From Eledone cirrhosa (taxonomy: Eukaryota), in contig OZ024762.1 of the NCBI GenBank assembly GCA_964016885.1, positions 3,658,001 to 3,722,000 on the forward strand: a stretch of 64,000 nt of DNA. Reading direction: 5' to 3'. The notes under the pieces are model-generated. The model searched no databases, was not told where the DNA came from, and worked only from the letters and a program-made list of their open reading frames with translations. Positions 1-13,312 of this stretch are shown here, piece after piece. Made by a program: the position numbers and the translations under genes. How positions within the stretch are numbered: position 1 is the stretch's first letter; each line of letters opens with the position of its first letter.

Positions 1-40
1 CACAACCAGTAGGAGTAGGCCATAGTGATCTGGTAGAGGT
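1..40 (-). CDS. NAPRT: NAPRT coding exon 2 (partial, continues beyond left edge of window)
   Basis: Minus strand reads ttgttgtcag|AC CTC TAC CAG ATC ACT ATG GCC TAC TCC TAC TGG TTG = (D)[12 protein letters not shown]. Phase-1 acceptor is compatible with the donor at 6695. Matches the conserved NAPRTase N-terminal motif [15 protein letters not shown]. Confidence 0.93.
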
Positions 41-210
41 CTGACAACAATAATAGGGAGAAAAATTAAACACTTTAACCTTCTGGAAGCTACAGGCACA
101 TTATGTCACCAATAGAGTGATATCCCCTTAATACATAATACAGTGTCAAGGGAGCCAATTCATAACATTTCTAGAATGTTAAAGATTAAAACAACAAAAT
201 CAATAATATT

Positions 211-426
211 GGTTTCTGATTTAGGCACAAGGCCAGCAAATTTTTTTTTGGGGGGGGGGGGGGGGTAAATCGACTAAATTGACCCTAATGCATTACTGGT
301 ACTTTATTTTATCGACCCCATAAGGATGAAAGGCAAAGCTTACCTCGGCAGGATATGAACTCAGAGCGTAAAGGGCCATAACTATGCTGCAAATCATGGT
401 GTCTGATGCTCTACCAATACTGCCAA
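211..426 (-). mobile_element. tRNA-derived SINE, family A
   Basis: A-box-like ggcagtattggtagagc, B-box-like gagttcatatcc, core ttgcctttcatccttatggggtcgataaaataaagtaccag and tail ggccttgtgcctaaatcagaaa, shared with more than 15 copies in the window. Confidence 0.85.
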
Positions 427-464
427 TAAGACTCAATTTTCAAGGACATTACATCTTTGTGTCA

Positions 465-860
465 CAATAAAATGCACCCAGTACACTCTATAAAGTGGCT
501 GGTGCCAAGAAGGGCACTCAGCCTTAGAAATCAAGCAAAATGGGTTGAGAAGACTTTCCAGACACTTTAATGGTATGACATGAAAACCTCATTAGCTCTG
601 GTACCCCAATAAAATGCACCAAGTACACTTTGTAAAGTGGTTTGTATTGGGAAGGGTATCCAGCTGCAGAAACCTTGCAAAAAAAGGTTGAGAGGGTTCT
701 TCAGTTATGTCAAGGACCTGGCAACTTTTTTAGTTTTAGGTGCGACAATAGATTGCAGCCTGTACACTCTGTAAAGGGCATCCAGCCATAGAACCCTATA
801 AAAAAAATATTGAGATTTAGAGCATGGCACCCACACTGACCTGTCTAAAACAGTAGATTT
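465..860 (+). mobile_element. Three degenerate partial copies of SINE family D (RTE-like tail family)
   Basis: Recurrent aaaatgcacccagtacactctgtaaagtggttggt..gaagggcatccagctgtagaaacc motif, also at 6060-6308, 27560-27850, 49370-49608, 59230-59475, 63807-64000. Confidence 0.65.
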
Positions 861-1055
861 GACTAAGAAATGACTTGGTCTGTAACAGCCAAACATCTCC
901 CCCACCCCCACTAATCTATGTCAGCAGGAACTCCTGCCCCACCCCACAGGTATGATGTTGATGATGGTGTTGATTTGTGGTTTACAAACATTTGATAAAC
1001 TTAAGTACCAAAAGCTCCACTTGAAAATTATCTGAAGGTGAAGGTGACTTGAGGG

Positions 1056-1325
1056 TGTTTGTAGTAGAGGAGGTGGTGGTGGTGGCTGCGATGGTAGGTG
1101 GTTGTGGTGGTGATGGTGGTGGTGGTGATGGTGGTGGTGTTGGAGGTGGTGGTGGTAGTAGTGACGGAGGTAGGAGTAGTGGTGGTGGTGTAGTAGTGGT
1201 TGTGATGGTAATGGTGGTGTTGGGGGTAAGTGTAGTGATGGTGGTGGTGATGGAGGTAGCAGCAGTAGTGGTGATGGTGGTGGTGTTGGTAGGTGTAGTA
1301 GTGGTGTCACCACCACCACTACCAT
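1056..1325. repeat. Degenerate (GGT)n microsatellite
   Basis: Direct reading of the sequence. Confidence 0.9.
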
Positions 1326-1555
1326 ATAAACCACAATACATTCCTAACCACTTTAAGATAAAAGTAAACCTCATAAAAAGACAAAAGAAAACATAAAATT
1401 CCAATTAAAAGTAGGCCAATTAACAATTAGACATCTCAGGTAAATATGGAGCTCAGGTAAACATAGAACACAATACCATTATTTTCTACTAATTTAGCCC
1501 TTTACCATTTACATTATTCTATATATATACTACTGTATTTTCAGCAAACACTTTA

Positions 1556-2374
1556 TCTATATATCTAAAACAGAGAATGTCTGTCTGTCTGTCCCCCTAA
1601 AACTCGAGAACCTTTACAATAGTCGGGTGAGTGTTTTGAGCAAAAAATATTTCAAATTTTCAATGACCTAGGGACTGCATTAGGCGAAAAACTGCATATT
1701 TTAGGCTTTAAAGGCTTTTTTTTACGCATAACGGAACAATAATCCAGGCGATTTCTTCAAAATTTGCATTACTTATTTTGTTTAAAGTGTTTTGAGCAAA
1801 AAAAATTTACTCATTTTTTTTCCCCAGGGACTGCATTTGGTGAAAAACCAATTTTTTAAAGCATTTTGGTAGCGTTAGGGCCTGTAACTTGAGAAGTACC
1901 CAACCGATTTTTTTTAAACTTTGCATATGCATTACTTATGTTTCACAAATTTTCTTGACTGAAAAAGATTTCTAATTTTTGCCCAGGGACCGCATTGTTT
2001 AGCATTTTGGGCCTGAAACCTTAAAAGTATCCAACTAAATTCCTTCATGCTCTCCACCACTGCAGTCCCACATGTTTACCGCTCTGTAACTATTGCTTTC
2101 ATTGTACCATAGCACAACAAATACATGTTGGTTTGTCGACTGCCTTTTTACTTAACCCTATCGTCTTGGCTTTCGTGGGTTGAACATTTTACTCTCAGGC
2201 ACCCAATTAAGTTAAACCCCCGGTAATCTACGACAAATTTTTTTTATAAGCACAAAATGTAGACACCATCCCCAGGCCGAGGTATTCCGTACTTCTCTGT
2301 ACTGTTTCAGAAAGGAGGGATAAACATGCCAATCTATGTTTAGAATCCCGAGCAACGCCGGGCCATTCTGCTAG
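1556..2374 (+). mobile_element. Non-autonomous Helitron in the NAPRT intron
   Basis: 5' TCTATATATCTAAAA followed by (GTCT)n, 3' GC-rich hairpin cccgagcaacgccggg then CTAG, inserted between A and T with no TSD. Internal subrepeats (agggactgcatt). Confidence 0.8.
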
Positions 2375-2804
2375 TATACTACTAAAACTCTGTGATTGTC
2401 TAATCTGTAATGTAATACAGCCAAAACAGCACATAATGGGAAAATACTTTGAAAGGAAGTTGCCCCTGAAATGGGAATACAAATGGAACAAAGCAAATTT
2501 CACGTAAATCGGAGCATGGGTTCCTGAAATATGGGGGTTTTCCGGGAACCTTTATAAATAGAGAGAGAGAGAAGGAGAGGAGACAGTACACACACATATA
2601 TATATGGGCCGTCCAATTTCCTTTTACATTATATACATGTCTGTATAATTTAATTATTTAAAAATTATTTTTAAGTGAACATGACACACATAATTAACTC
2701 ACTTCAAATCTACGAGATTTTGATATTTGATATTTATTTTGAGAACAATTCCTACACACACATACACACTATATTCACACATACTACACACACACACAAA
2801 CATA

Positions 2805-3525
2805 CAAAGCATGGTGCTTGATGCTCTACTGATTCTGCCCAACCCCATAACCCGGGGGAGGGAAAAGTTGATTAAATTGACCCCAGTACATTACTGGTAC
2901 TTTATTTTATTGACTCCGTAAGGATGAAAGGCAAAGTTAATCTCGGCGGGATTTGAACTCAGACAGTAAGGTCGTAACTCTATGCCCCAAAGCATGTTGT
3001 CCGACGCTCTACCAATTCTACTGCCAATCCACCACCCTCATAATGGCTTCTGATTTAGGCACAAGGCCAACAATTTGGGGGCAGAGAAAGTCAATTAAAT
3101 TGACCCCCAGTGTATTACTGGTACTTTATTTTATCGACCCCGTAAGGATGAAAGGCAAAGTTAACCTCAACTTGAACTCAGAAATAATAGGAAGAAAAAG
3201 TTTTCTTCATTGTTGATAATGTATAAAGGGGAGTAGAAAGTCGATTAAAATTGACCCCCAAAGCTAACCACAAAGCATGTTCTCCGACGCTCTATCGACT
3301 CTGCCATCCACCACTGCCGCTGCTGTCCATCTGTATTGAATAATTGTTTCTACTTTTGGCACAAGGCTAGCAATTATCCCAGTGTATTACTGGTAGTTTA
3401 TTTTATCGACCTCGTAAGGACGAAAGGCAAAGTTATCCCTGGCGGGATTTGAACTCATACCATAAAGGGCCGTAACTCTACGCAGCAACGCATGGTGTCT
3501 GACGCTCTACCGATACTGTCAATCC
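2805..3525 (-). mobile_element. Tandem cluster of 3-4 family A SINE copies
   Basis: Repeated tactggtactttattttatcgaccccgtaaggatgaaaggcaaagttaa at about 2893, 3116 and 3388, with heads and tails. Confidence 0.85.
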
Positions 3526-4016
3526 ACCACTCTGTATTGAATAATGAAACTATTACATCCATCTTTCGACATTTCCTAAGTAAATGTAATAAACTTTCAG
3601 TAGGCGAGCAACAGCAATATATAGCCAGGACATTGACATTTAATAGACATAGCATATAGAGAGAGGGGGGGAGAGAGAGAGAGAGAGAGAGAGTGAGAGA
3701 GAAAGAGAGAGAGAGAGAGAGACATGATATAGTGGCAACCATTTTAACACTGTAACCCCAATTCCACATTCTGTAGAAAAAAAACCCGATTGCATCATCT
3801 AAAATCTTCCTCCCCTTCCTTACAACTATCTTTTTAATTTCTTGAACTAGGACTGTTTTTTTCATCATGCTGACGTGTGTGTATGTGTGTGTATGTGTGT
3901 GTGTATGCGTATGTGTGTGTATATGTGTATGTGTGTGTGTGTGTGTATGTATATGTGTGTGTGTGTGTGCATATGCATACATTCAAATGTCACCTTGACC
4001 TTGACCGACCAGTGTG

Positions 4017-4235
4017 TCGGGCGTCCATTCGGCGCCGCTGGTCACAGCACGTCGTGCTGTTTTAGCCATAAGATAACGCCATCCCACTGGCTGGGCGGGC
4101 AGGCCGGTACCTCTTCATCTCATTTCTACAGCTGAGTAAACTGCTCAAGGAAACAACACATCACCCGGTTTGAGAATTGAACTCACAACCTTTCCATTGC
4201 AAGCCCAATGCTCTAACCACTAAGCCATGCGCCTT
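4017..4235 (-). mobile_element. tRNA-derived SINE, family C
   Basis: Head ggcttagtggttagagcattgggcttgcaatggaaaggttgtgagttcaattc followed by ccttgagca..ctcagctgtagaaatgag. Copies at 18650, 34900, 37690, 49228. Confidence 0.8.
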
Positions 4236-4894
4236 CACCATTCGAATGTATGAGCATATAAATATAAATGTGCAAACACAGACATGCTTACAAAAATACA
4301 CTCACAGACACATTCAAACAAATACATGTATACATTCACATAAGCACACACATACATTCACACATACATACAGATGCCCTGCCTAACGCCAACCACATTT
4401 ACGGGGTGTGCTGGGTGCTTTTTGTCGTAACACCTACACGTCCACTTTACTGTGTGGACTGGGTGTTTTTGTCTTGACACCAACATGACCACTATACAGT
4501 GAAGGCTGGGCACTTTTGTTGTGGCTCCAGAGAAACCCCTTCATCGTGTGGGACGGGAACTGAGGAGGTGGGGTAAAAGCTTGGGGAAATTGAGGACGTA
4601 GGTATAGGTGAGGGATGGTTGCAGCAAGGGAGGTGTATGGAAGGGGAGATGGTAGAGGAAGGTGTAGTAGTGGCATTTAACAGGTCAATGTTGTTATAGA
4701 AAGAAGATTTCTATATATATATGTGTGTGTATATCTCAAAGGTTCAGTGGTGGGGGTGGGATATAAGCTAGGAATGACTGCTTTGGGTTCAGTATTAACT
4801 TGTAGTGTAGGGTGGAATAGATATAGGATTTATCAAAGAAATTCTATTTTAGGAACATGCCATGCAGTCTCATATTGGTGATAAAAAAGCTTCT

Positions 4895-5290
4895 TCTACT
4901 TCTTCACCCACTTATTCCTGAGAGGGTCGTGGGAGAAGAGTCCTCAAACACTACTTCAAGTGAGTCCTGTCAGAAGCAACCATCTCCAACTGATCCAGCT
5001 GGATCCCCAATCGTGACCAGCCAAGTTTATGAATGCTATCCAACCATCTTGCTCAGGGTCTCCTGCTGGTTGGTTTTCCCATAAAATCTGTCCAGTGATT
5101 CTTTCTTGAGACATTCTAACCACAAGCCCATAGTATCAGAGCTGTGATCTCTCAATTCAGTGAAGTAGCGACTCTACCTGGAGTGACTCTCTCATCTCCA
5201 AGCTCTGCACTTTATCGAGTAATGTTACTCCAAAGACCCTTCGGAGGAGCCCCATTTCGGCCACTTCTATTCGCAATCATACTTTTCGGT
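4895..5290 (-). mobile_element. Degenerate 3' end of an RTE-type LINE
   Basis: Minus strand shows decayed RT C-terminal motifs (G.RP.G.P..RWLD) and an (AAG)n tail. Related copy at 52260-52500. Confidence 0.6.
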
Positions 5291-6059
5291 CATTAAAAAA
5301 GCATGAGGTAACAATAATACATTTGAGCAGTATATATACTTAAGCCCCTCCAACCCTAAAACTAATGGAAGCTGCATACCAAAAAATAACATATTGAGAG
5401 AGACATAGTTTCCCACTAAACCATTTTGAAGGACAGTAACTTCAATTGAGTACTGACTAGGCCCGTAACAACCCATCTAACCCATGCCAACATGGAAAAG
5501 TGGGCCCAAAATGATTCAGAAATCATTTAGTTAATTCATCATAAAAAAAAAATTCAAACAAAAAATTCCAAAGGCAAAAATCTCCGTGGAAGGGGGGGGG
5601 GGGGGGGGGGATTCCAAGGGTCCACCCCACCCCTTCCTCAAAGCTTCCTGGGGAGGGGGTCCTTTGGGGCATGTTCTGAAGTCAGTTTAGATGAGAGCGT
5701 AAAAAAAGGAAAATAATTATTCCCCACTGCAATGACAGGTATTAAGGAATTCTTGGAGGGGGGGGGGAGCCCCAGAAAATTCTCGGGTTGGGGAGGAACC
5801 ACAAGAAATTCTCAGGTGGGAGAACCACAGAACACAAGTAATATACGGTTGTTTCAAAGGGTATATTTGTTCAAAACGCATTAAAAAAATCATAGGAAAA
5901 ACATGAAATTCACTTTTGCAACCTATCAACTACACTTAACTCTTTAGCATTTAAACTGGGTGTATTTGGCCAGAATTCTCTCACCTCTATCTATTTAAAC
6001 TGGGTGTATTTGGTCAGAATTCTCTCACCTCTATCTATTTAAACTGGCTGTATTTGGCC

Positions 6060-6308
6060 CAAAAACACACACAGTCCACGCTGTAATGTGGCCGTGTAGG
6101 TAACACGGTAAAAAGTTCCCAGTTCCACACTGTAAATGTGGTTGGTGTTAGGAAGTGCATCCAGCCGTAGAAAACCTGCCAAATAGTCCTATATGAGCGA
6201 GACACGGTCACCCGACCAACCTTGCCTCAAGTGGGACAACTCCCGTCTAACCCATGCTAGCGTGGAAAGTGGACGTTAAACGAGGATGATGATGATGATG
6301 ATGATGAT
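6060..6308 (+). mobile_element. SINE family D with (GAT)n tail
   Basis: ggttggtgttaggaagtgcatccagccgtagaaaacc...cccgtctaacccatgctagcgtggaaagtggacgttaaacgaggatgatgat. Confidence 0.8.
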
Positions 6309-6694
6309 AATTAGGTGAGATAAAGCCTTTACCATGAAAATATAATAATATATGTAGAGTAATCATTATCATCAACAACATCTCCGTTTAGCATCCATTT
6401 TTCCATGCTTGCATAGAGGTTAGACGGGTCTCCACGCCAGGAGGCAAGTTTGGCCATGTTGCACCTTGCTCTGGTGAGGACTGTAAATTTGGCCAGGTAC
6501 TTTACAGCTGGATGCCCTTCCTAACACTACATTTACAGTGTGAAACATTAAAGTAAAATCTAAAAGGTTAAAATGGTAATAATTGTTTATTTTTTATGAC
6601 ACCTGTCTTGTAGACAGGTGTAGACAGGTGTAAGAGTAAATATAGTAAGAATTTCTACACACACCGAAATATAGAAGAAAGGTGGACAACTTAC

Positions 6695-6821
6695 CGGTAA
6701 GTAAAGGTTGTATGATAGCATTTTGATTATAGTGATTGCGATCTTTGTGAGTTTTTGAAACCGTCTTTGATTGATCACTGGTGGTGGCGCCACTGGTGGT
6801 GGTTGGGTCACTGGACGACAT
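6695..6821 (-). CDS. NAPRT: NAPRT first coding exon (nicotinate phosphoribosyltransferase)
   Basis: ATG at 6821, 127 nt = [42 protein letters not shown]+G, canonical donor G|GTAAGT at 6695/6694. Joined to exon 40-1 it gives [23 protein letters not shown], typical of invertebrate NAPRT. Intron 6694-41. Confidence 0.92.
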
Positions 6822-6881
6822 TTCAAATATTTTAATGTTAACTGTTCTTATTGTTGCTGTAGTTTTTCACTAGAGATGTAC

Positions 6882-7870
6882 GTTTGTTGTTGTTGTTGTT
6901 GGTGATGATGTTGGTAGGAGTGATGTTACTGTTGTTGGTGGTGGTGGTGATGTTACTGTTGTTGTTGCTGGTGGTGGTGGTGGCAGTGAGGGTGGTAATG
7001 TTATTATTGTTGTTGTTCTTAGCTAGTGGTGGTGGAGATAGTAGTGTTATTGTCGTTAGTAGCGATGTTACTGCTGTTGTTAGTAGTAGTAGTAGTAGTG
7101 GTGGTGGTGGTGGTGGTGGTGGTGGTGGGTTTTACTGCCAGTGCAGCTTTTGTTCTTGTCACAATGATGACGATGATAATGATGATGGTGGTGATGAAGA
7201 CACAATGATGGTGGTGGTGGTGGTGGTGGTGGTGGTGTTATGATGTCTTCTCATTCCTGTCTCAGTCAACCTTCAACTTATGTCTTGTGTCGTAGTCTGG
7301 TAGAAATGGTGTCAATAGAGCTACTACAGCACTATTTAATATATAGAACACACTGGAGTTGATGATAGTGGTATTGTGACTACAGTGGTGGTGGTGGTGG
7401 TGGTGGTGTTGGTGGTGGTGGTGTGGTAGTGGTGGTGGTATCTTGACTATAGTGATAGTGGTGGTGGTGGTGGTCGTGGTGGTGGTGGTGGTATTCTGAC
7501 TATAGTGGTGGTGGTGGTATCTTGACTATAGTGATAGTGGTGGTGGTGGTGGTGGTGGTGGTATCTTGACTCTAGTGATAGTGGTGGTGGTGGTGGTATC
7601 TTGACTATAGTGATAGTGGTGGTGGTGGTGGTGGTGGTGGTATCTTGACTCTAGTGATAGTGGTGGTGGTGGTGGTATCTTGACTATAGTGATAGTGGTG
7701 GTGGTGGTGGTGGTGGTGGTGTTAATAGTACTTCTGACAAGGACAATGTGCTAGTGGTTGTAGTGATGGGGGGGGAGGTTATAGTAGTGATGGGGGGAGG
7801 TTATAGTAGTGGTGGTAGTTGTAGTAGTGGTGGAGGTGGTAGTAGTTGTAGTAGTAGTAGTGGTGCAGTT
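6882..7870. repeat. (GGT/GTT)n low-complexity region including a tatcttgactatagtgatagt(ggt)n minisatellite
   Basis: Direct reading. About 7 units at 7439-7720. Confidence 0.85.
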
Positions 7871-8007
7871 GTCAGTAACTAATTACAATGGTAGTGGTGG
7901 TGGTTGTAGTATTTGAGTGTGTGTAAGTGTATATATATATAAGTGTCTCTGTTGGTGTGTAAGTGTCTATATAAGTGTCTGTAAGTCTATGTATAAGTGT
8001 GTCTGTT

Positions 8008-8040
<33 letters not shown>

Positions 8041-8229
8041 GTGTCAATCTTTACCAACTCTTGTATATAAATGTAGTAGTTTTACAATACACAGGAAGTG
8101 TGTTTATGTGTGAGTGTGTTTATGTGTGAGTGTGCATGTAAGAGAGTGTAAGTGTGTGTGTGCTTGTATCAATCTTTACCAGTTCCTGTATATAAATTGA
8201 CTGCAATACACACACATACAGGCATGTAC

Positions 8230-8276
<47 letters not shown>

Positions 8277-8310
8277 CGTGTGTGTGTGGTGTATATGTTT
8301 CCTTGTTCCT

Positions 8311-8515
8311 GTTATCTTAAAATGAGGGGATCATGTTATCCTTCAATTTCCAAGGTTTATGTAGGTGTTAGGGGTAAGTGTTATCTTAAAATGAGGGGAT
8401 CGTGTTATCCTTCGATTTCCAAGGTTTCTGTTGGTATTAGGGGTAACTTATTTTAAAATGAGGGGATCATGAAATCCTTTGAATTCCTTGGGTTTCTATT
8501 GCTGTGAGGGGTAAC
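8311..8515. repeat. ~69-bp tandem repeat, 3 copies
   Basis: ttatcttaaaatgaggggatc.tgttatccttc.atttccaaggttt at about 8311, 8380 and 8448. Confidence 0.85.
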
Positions 8516-8699
8516 AGTAGTCTTCAATCTTTCTCTTAGTTAGTGTTAGGGTAACACATATCTATATTGATCCTTATGAATCATCATCAATACTGCATGT
8601 TCTGGGTGGATGTCTTCAGATTGTGCACAATCAATAATACTTCTCAGATGATGAAGCAACGATTAATCCACACTAGAAAGAAAAAAAAACAGAGATATT

Positions 8700-9013
8700 T
8701 ATGTGTATATATATATATATATATATATTTACATATACATATATATGTATATATATATATGTATATATATTTACATATACATATATATGTATATATATAT
8801 ATGTATATATATTTACATATACATATATATATATATATATGTATATATATTTACATATACATATATATGTATATATATATATGTATATATATTTACATAT
8901 ACATATATATATATATATATATATACATACATATATATATATACATACATATATATATATATACATACATATATATATATACATACATATATATATATAT
9001 ATATACATACATA

Positions 9014-9075
<62 letters not shown>

Positions 9076-9628
9076 CATACATATATATATATACATACAT
9101 ATATATATATATATACATACATATATATATACATACATATATATATATATATACATACATATATATATATATATACATACATATATATATATATATATAC
9201 ATACATATATATATATATACATACATATATATATATATACATACATATATATATACATACATATATATATACATACATATATATATACATACTTACATAT
9301 ATATATATATACATACATACATATATATATATATACATACATACATATATATATACATACAGACATATATATATATATACATACATATATATATATATAC
9401 ATACATATATATATATATACATACATATATATATATATACATACATATATATATATATACATACATACATATATATATATATACATACATACATACATAT
9501 ATATTTATACATACATACATATATATATATATATACATACATATATATATATATATACATATACATACATATACATATATATATACATATACATATATAT
9601 ATACATATACATATATATATACATATAC

Positions 9629-9685
<57 letters not shown>

Positions 9686-10267
9686 CATATACATATACAT
9701 ATACATATATATATACATATACATATACATATAGATATATATATACATATATATATACATATACATATACATATAGATATATATATACATATATATACAT
9801 ATATATACATATACATATAGATATATATATACATATATATACATATATATACATATAGTTATGTAATAAACAACATAAGATAATTATTTCATTTACCAGT
9901 GGTTTCTTGAAAGCAACCAAAATTGCTTTCATTCATCTGAATGAAAAAATCCTGGTGTCTTTTTTTTTCATTCTGATGAATGAAAGCAATTTTGGTTGCT
10001 TATACATATATATATACATATATATGTATATATATACATATATATGTATATATATACATATATGTATATATATACATATATATGTATATATATACATATA
10101 TATGTATATATATACATATATATATATATGTATATATATATGTATATATATACATATATATGTATATATATACATATATATGTATATATATACATATATA
10201 TATATATGTATATATATACATATATATATGTATATATATACATATATATATATATGTATATATATAC

Positions 10268-10323
<56 letters not shown>

Positions 10324-10335
10324 GTATATATATAC

Positions 10336-10430
<95 letters not shown>

Positions 10431-10431
10431 C

Positions 10432-10463
<32 letters not shown>

Positions 10464-10475
10464 GTATATATATAC

Positions 10476-10527
<52 letters not shown>

Positions 10528-10601
10528 GTATATATATACATATATATATATATATATACATATATATATACATATATATATATACATATACATATATACA
10601 T

Positions 10602-10634
<33 letters not shown>

Positions 10635-10845
10635 TACATATATATACATATATATACAGATATATATATATACATATATATATACAGATATATATATACA
10701 TATATATACAGATATATATATACATATATATATAAATATACATACATATATATATAAATATACATATATATATATATATATACATATATATATACATATA
10801 TATACACATATATATACACATATATATATATACATACATACATAG
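8700..10845. repeat. Two ~1-kb (TA)n/(TACA)n microsatellite expanses flanking a short ribozyme-bearing insert
   Basis: Direct reading. Confidence 0.95.
9886..9948 (-). ncRNA. Type I hammerhead ribozyme motif (one core substitution)
   Basis: Minus: tttcatt CAGATGA a tgaaagcaa ttttgg ttgctttca a GAAAC cactg GTA aatgaaa. The adjacent inverted partial copy (9965-10001, plus) retains CTGATGA. Confidence 0.7.
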
Positions 10846-10949
10846 AAAACTTACATGTAATACATGTTACATAAGTATGTGTGGTTGTGTCTATGTATCT
10901 GTCCCTGTGGATCTGTGTGTATTCATCTTTTTTACTACTTTATATAATA

Positions 10950-10980
10950 CTAGCAGATTTACCCGGCGTTGCTTGGGGTT
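10950..10980 (-). mobile_element. Helitron 3' terminus fragment
   Basis: Minus: ccccaagcaacgccgggtaaatctgCTAG, the same hairpin as 2347-2374. Confidence 0.6.
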
Positions 10981-11020
10981 TGAAATTATGCTAAGAATAT
11001 ACAGCTAGGAAGTAAAAGAA

Positions 11021-11587
11021 GAACAGACGTGTGGACAATGTGTGAAGAATTCATTTCTCGTGTTTAGGCAATCGCTATTGCATAATCTCTTTAGAATATT
11101 TATTTGTTCATCAAAACAAAGTCCACGCGACGGGTTTCCCCTTGCGTATGGCTTGGACTAAGTGATGGCTTTCCATTGAATGGAGTAGTCTATACTTGAG
11201 TCCTTGAGGGACCATAAGTGGTTCGCCAGTTTCGTGGATGAAGCTGTGGTCACTTCCAACTGACCAAATCAACCACAGGAGGTCAAAACCTATGTGGGTA
11301 TGGCGGAGGGCCGATTTAAGGAACGCGTCCTGAACCACCAGTCAGCCTTTAGGTACCCGGACAGACGTTCATCCACGAAACTCGCGAGCCACGTATGGTC
11401 CCCCAAGGGCTCAAGTATAGACTACTCCATTCAATGGAAAGCCATCACTAAGTCCAAGCCATACGCAAGGGGAAAACCGTCGTGTGGACTATGTATTGAT
11501 GAACGAATAAATATTCTAAAGAGATTATGCAATAGCGATTGCCTAAACACGAGAAAAAAATTCTTCACACATTGTCCACACGTTTGA
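11021..11587 (+). mobile_element. Penelope-like element fragment: GIY-YIG endonuclease C-half with inverted duplicate
   Basis: TYVGMAEGRFKERVLNHQSAF...STKLASHVW...CGLCIDER...LNTRKKFFTHCPH at about 11287-11587. 11021-11243 is the reverse complement of about 11368-11590. Confidence 0.85.
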
Positions 11588-11753
11588 GCAAGACACTTTA
11601 CTTCACGTTGCTCTTTCTACCTGGAGTTGAGACCGGTAGAGAGTACTAGCAACCGGAAAGACCAACGGAAACATTGTTTCCTCGGTCCGATTTGACGAAA
11701 GTCAATCAATCGACTGTCTATATATATATACATATAAACACATACATATATAT

Positions 11754-11802
<49 letters not shown>

Positions 11803-12642
11803 TACATATATATATACACATACGTATGTATGTGTGTATGTGTGTGTGTGTTCAATAGAAATTGTTTTGGTAAAAACAGGAGCAAACAGGAGAAAGCTCT
11901 CTACATTTGCATTTTGTAGTTATGTCAGCCGGGCGCATGAACAGAAGGGCATAAGATTGAGGTCTTTGGCATTATGCAATAAGACAGAAGATCAGCCTTC
12001 CCTTGTGCACAGATTCAAACAAAGAGTCACAACAAAAAGCACCATGCACACTCTGCAAATGTAGTTGGGTATCCAGCTGTAGAAATCTAAGCCAGAAACA
12101 GTCCTATATGAACAAGACATGAGCACGTGACTCAACTTGCCTTAATGGGACAAACCCATCTAACCCATGCTGGCGTGGAAAATAGACATTAAACGATGAT
12201 GATATATACATACATAAATATAATACATTCATATACATACACACATTCAATTATATATACATACATTTATATATATATACACACACATATATATACACAC
12301 ATATACATACATACATATATACACACACACACATATATACATACACACACATAGATACACACACACACATAATACATATATACATAAATCCATACATACG
12401 CACATATACACATGGTGGCTGCCAACTCGTTTTCGAGTACGGCCACTACTTTATATCCATGTAGGAGAACCCCTACCGATGCGCATATACACATACATAT
12501 ACATACATATATATATACATATACACACACACATATATATATATATATAAATAAATATTGGCATACCCGGAAAGCTCCAGGAAGCACCAACAGTTAAGGT
12601 TGTCTTTTTACCGGGTATGTCAATATTTATTTATAAAACAAA

Positions 12643-12674
<32 letters not shown>

Positions 12675-12901
12675 AATATAAATAATCGAGAATCGCATTT
12701 CGGCCCACGAAATAACGAAAAACAACCTCCGAGATGTGTGGCAAGTGCTCAATGATTCAGATGAACCAGAGCTATAACAAACGTTAAAGGCCAAACACAC
12801 TGAGACGATGGTTAAACAATCATTCGCATAGCCAAAAAAAAAACGATCAAGTAATTCGGGTCAAACAAATAAAAAATATCTGTGATTGAAAATTTATATA
12901 T

Positions 12902-12937
<36 letters not shown>

Positions 12938-13312
12938 ATCGCGGACAGGCACTTCGAAATGCAAGTCCCGTGAAATCAATATATATAGAGAGATAATACA
13001 CTACTTACCGCTAAACGAATGCTTTACTACAACTACTACTACTATTACAAATAGTATAATCAACTAGTAATAATTTACCTTTAGTTAAAATACAGTCAGA
13101 TAGACAGACGAGAGGAGAAAGAAATACATAGATTGGAAGGAAAATTGCAGATTTGTGTAATTTCTTGTCTTAAATACCTGACACCAGTGGAATCAGGGCG
13201 ATAAATAGACGAAAGATAAGTTTAAAGTTTTTTAACTTTCAGAGAAAATTAATAGACTGTATCAAAAGTTGTAGTAAACTCGACCACTGTACACAATAAT
13301 TTTCATTATTGA

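Noticed and set aside
982-1404. Signal-peptide plus mucin/proline-rich ORF
   Set aside because: Starts at a non-ATG codon, lies in the NAPRT intron and consists of (ACC)n repeat.
6587-6826. Alternative ORF MKCRPVTQPPP...
   Set aside because: Overlapping frame of the NAPRT exon. Only the 6821 frame splices into the conserved motif.
8567-10845. Long YI/IY-rich ORFs (also 31664-33179, 38585-39718 and others)
   Set aside because: Translations of dinucleotide microsatellites that lack stop codons. No protein signal.
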